From assembly GCF_009914755.1 (NCBI RefSeq), contig NC_060926.1: a stretch of DNA of 64,000 bases; one strand, 5' to 3'. Of this stretch, positions 1 to 64,000 are shown in pieces (the first letter of the stretch is position 1; each line of letters opens with the position of its first letter). Origin of the DNA: the human T2T-CHM13v2.0 reference genome, Homo sapiens. A program made the position numbers and the translations under genes. The notes under the pieces are model-generated. The model was not told the origin of the DNA and searched no databases. It saw only the letters and a list, made by a program, of their open reading frames with translations.

Positions 1-132
1 ATTGGAAATTCTGGCCAACTTGCAATAGACCTGATTATTTCTACACTGAACATGTCTAAGATAGCTATTACTATTCATTCAGGAAAGCCCAGACAATTAT
101 CATGCCAGCAGCCTGAGACAGTAGCCAGTAAT

Positions 133-305
133 AGCCTGGTGTGGTAGTTTGCTCCTGTAGTCTCAGCTACTCAGCAGGCTGAGGTGGGAGGATGGCTCTA
201 GCCTGGGAGGTGGAGGTTGCAATGAGCCAAGATTGCGCCCTGCACTCCAGCCTGGGTGACAGAGTGAGACCCTGTCTCAAAAATAAAAATAAGAATAAAA
301 AATAA
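133..305 (+). mobile_element. Alu right monomer (AluJ/FRAM-like)
   Basis: cctgtagtctcagctactc...gcactccagcctgggtgacagag plus an A-rich tail. Confidence 0.85.
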
Positions 306-646
306 ACCAGCAAAAGTTTCTGCCCTCACAGAGCTTCCATTCTAGTGAGAGGGTAGTTTGTCATCAGGAGGGTGACGCCGGTAGGGCTGGGGGCCAGCTC
401 CCTGCAGGGAACAAACATGATCGCAGTGGGGTGGGAGTAGGGGATGAGTCCCCAGAGCCTCTGTGGTTTCCATTTCCACACAAAAAAACCACTGCTGCTG
501 TAATCAGGAGGGGGAAAAGATTTTTAAAAATTTTCTTTCAGGGAATGGAAGGAAAGGATATTTTTGAAAGTAAGACTTTGAAAACTAAAAGTTTTGGGTC
601 ACTTAAAAACTCAAAATCTTTAGGTCACTTTAAAAATATTTAATCT

Positions 647-950
647 TGGAGCTGGAGGCCATTATTCTAGGTAATTAGCTGGGTGTGGTGGTGTGTCCCT
701 GTAATCCCAACTACTAGGAGGCCGAGGCAGGAGGATTGCTTGAACCTGGGAGGCGGAGGTTGCAGTGAGCCGAGATCGCGACACTGCACTCCAGCTTGGG
801 TGACAGAGCAAGACTGGGTCTCAAAAGAAAAAAAAAAACGAAAACTAAATACCGTACGTTCTCACTTAAAAGTGGGAGCTAAGCTATGAGGATGCAAAGA
901 CATACAGAGGGATATAATGGACTTTGGGGATTGATGGTGGGGTTGAATGG
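647..950 (+). mobile_element. L1PB/L1MA 3'-end fragment interrupted by an Alu right arm (673-838)
   Basis: ggagctggaggccattattcta ... gttctcacttaaaagtgggagctaagctatgaggatgcaaa; the same motif occurs in the L1PB 3' ends near 51550 and 60770. Confidence 0.75.
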
Positions 951-1347
951 GAGGTTGGTCCTAATAGGTCCTAGTACGTCCCCTACTTCTAAGTCTTCCA
1001 GTCTGTCCTTTGCACTTTGAATGTTAATTCCCAGTTGGATAATGTCATTCTCATTTTTACAGTCCTTTCTTAGCTCCTCATCACCTCCAGGACAAAGCCT
1101 AAACCCCTCGCCCCATGGTAATGCGGCCCCTTTGTGACATGGTACCTGGCTAGAGCTTCATCCCTTTGTCCCATCACTCTCCATCCCAGACACTTTGTAG
1201 TTACTTTATTGAGCTCCTTGTGCCTGCCTGAATGGACTTGAAAGTTCTTACCTCCATCTTTTACATTAATTGTTTCCTGTAAGAATTGTGCTTTCTCGCA
1301 TTCTCCCCAAAATCCCTTCCCCATAGGAAGCCCTTCTCCCAGGCTAA

Positions 1348-1723
<376 letters not shown>

Positions 1724-1803
1724 CATTGGCTTGTTTGTATGTCTACCTTCCTAAACAGTAAGAGGGAACTTGTCTGGTGTTCTTTTTTTCTCTCCTGTGC
1801 TGA

Positions 1804-19576
<17,773 letters not shown>

Positions 19577-19908
19577 GATGGTACTATTTAGATATAACAC
19601 TATGTTTATTTACTAATTTTCTAGATTTTCTACTTTATTAATTGTTTTGCACTTTTTTATAAGAGCTAAAGTTAAATAGGATATTAACAACAATAACACT
19701 GTCTCCTTTCTCTTATGCTTAAGGCTTTGGGAATGTTTTTAGCTGGTGGCAATAAATACCAGACACGTACAAAATCCAGCTATGAATATAGAGGGCTTAT
19801 GATTCAGATTGTTATCTATCAACTATAAGCCCACTGTTAATATTCTATTAACTTTAATTCTCTTTCAAAGCTAAATTCCACACTACCACATTAAAAAAAT
19901 TAGAAAGT

Positions 19909-20062
19909 AGCCACGTATGGTGGCTCATGTCTATAATCCCAGCACTTTGGGAGGTTGAGGTGGGAGGATTGCTTGAACCCAAGAGGTCAAGGCTGCAGTG
20001 AGCCATGTTCACACCGCTGCACTCAAGCTTGGGTGACAGAACAAGACCCCGTCTCAAAAAAA
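19909..20062 (+). mobile_element. FRAM/FAM-like Alu monomer in the CASP8 3' UTR
   Basis: Single monomer with an A tail. Confidence 0.85.
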
Positions 20063-20345
20063 ATTTTTTTTTTAATAAAACAAAATTTGTTTGAAAACTT
20101 TTAAAAATTCAAATGATTTTTACAAGTTTTAAATAAGCTCTCCCCAAACTTGCTTTATGCCTTCTTATTGCTTTTATGATATATATATGCTTGGCTAACT
20201 ATATTTGCTTTTTGCTAACAATGCTCTGGGGTCTTTTTATGCATTTGCATTTGCTCTTTCATCTCTGCTTGGATTATTTTAAATCATTAGGAATTAAGTT
20301 ATCTTTAAAATTTAAGTATCTTTTTTCAAAAACATTTTTTAATAG

Positions 20346-20351
20346 AATAAA
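20346..20351 (+). terminator. Probable distal CASP8 polyadenylation signal (other AATAAA at 19751 and 20074)
   Basis: AATAAA followed about 30-50 nt downstream by a GU/U-rich tract (ttttttgtgtttggttttggttt). Confidence 0.7.
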
Positions 20352-21312
20352 ATATAATTTGATCTTATTGCTCCTTGGAGATTTTTTGTGTTTGGTTTTG
20401 GTTTCTGCCAATGACATCTCACAGGAGGAAAACATCTGGACTACAGACATGTTCTACTTGAGTCTCCCATGATCGGCACACACAGTTGTATTTTTAAAAT
20501 TTGTTGTCAATGTTTAAAAATTAGGAGATATCACATAAAAACCAGAATAACTTCTTTTAAAAAATCATACTATCTGACAATATTGACCTCATGCTTTTGC
20601 ATGGCAAAGGTCTGAGAAGCACCTTCTTCAGATGGGACAGTGCTCTGTGGGTCACTCTTCCCCATCCGCTGTGCCCCAGCCCTGCCCAAGCCCCTCTACT
20701 GAGGCTGCTGTTGGTTGCCACTTATCACTGTGCTTGGGCAATTGTTTTCCTTATGTCTAGCCCACTTCACTTATTTATGTTGCCTGCACTGTGGGTGTCT
20801 GAATTCTGGTGATGGTCCAGAGGAGGTGGTAAGAATCATCAGAAACCCTTCCTAAGTCATAGGTTAGGGAACATGATTGAGAGGTAGGGAAGTAGGGGGC
20901 ATGGGTGTGAGAGAAAAATATTTTAGAGTAAAATCAACACATCATCTTTTTTTGCTACCTAAATGCCCCAGGGGACAAAGGTACACCTCCCAAATATAGT
21001 AAAAGTTCAATAGGAAGAAGGCCTTCAAATCAGTTTCTTTCTAACGAAATACGTCAAGGTAGAAGAAAAATAGTACAAAACTCAGAGAAAGCTCAGCTCC
21101 CAGTATGGAGAGCATCATTTTTCAGTGAAGAGTCCGTGATAAGCTGTGAAATTCAGATGAGAATTCAAACATTTTCAGACATTCAGCGAGTCAGAGCAAC
21201 CCAAGAACTAAACTCATTATATGCATTTTCTCAAGAAAACCCTCCCAGGAGTTTCCTGGGCCTACAGAAATGGTGTGCCAACCATCTTCAACAATGCAGA
21301 GCAACTTTTTGT

Positions 21313-63524
<42,212 letters not shown>

Positions 63525-63659
63525 CTGTGGGACCCCAGGAGAAGGCCACAATCATTAGTAAAAAGAAGTCCAGAGCTGAGCTGTTACCCTGATCTGATCC
63601 TACCCTCCACCCTCCCACAGGAAGTGAGGTTCTCACTTTTTTATTTTTAAAATTTTTAA

Positions 63660-63964
63660 ATCTTTTTTTTTTTTTTTTGAGTCAGAGTCTCCCTCTGTTG
63701 CCCAGAGTGAGTGTGGTGGCATGGTCACAGCTCACTGCAGCCTCAACCTCCCAGGCTCAAGTGATCTTCCCACCTTAACCTCCCAAGTAGTTGGGAACAC
63801 AGGCATGTGCCACCATGCTCATCTAATTTTTTAATTTTTTGTAGAGACGGGGTCTTGCTATGGTGTCCAGGCTGGTTTCAAAATACTCCTGGACTCAAGC
63901 AATCCTCCTGCGTTGACCTCCCGAAGTGCTGGGATTACAGGCGTGAGCTACCATACTCAGCCTG
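63660..63964 (-). mobile_element. AluJ-type
   Basis: Full dimer with poly-T. Confidence 0.9.
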
Positions 63965-64000
63965 GGGCCTTCACTTCCTGAAGCATTATCCTGGCATCTA

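Overview
Human-type (primate) genomic DNA matching the CASP8/FLACC1 (ALS2CR12) junction, which I recall as chr2q33. On the + strand are all eight coding exons of caspase-8 (1933-19252; 305+106+139+45+65+142+502+136 = 1440 nt, i.e. 479 aa plus stop), a 96-nt cassette exon with a GC donor, a 136-nt cryptic-donor extension (caspase-8L type) and the 3' UTR. On the - strand, converging tail-to-tail, are the last eight coding exons of FLACC1 (63524 to 21313). The rest is mostly interspersed repeat: about 24 Alus, MaLR LTRs, L2/MIR, two full-length L1PA elements and a ~19-kb nest of L1PA16-like/L1PB elements. I see no new gene system. Four observations deserve a second look: (1) two independently inserted L1PA copies share private inactivating mutations, suggesting ectopic gene conversion; (2) a probable ancient L1PB 3' transduction; (3) a duplicated acceptor-stop-AATAAA module in a CASP8 intron and in its 3' UTR; (4) a 158-bp local duplication after the first coding exon. 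Repeat subfamily names and consensus comparisons are from memory and need RepeatMasker/Dfam confirmation. Repeat boundaries are approximate.
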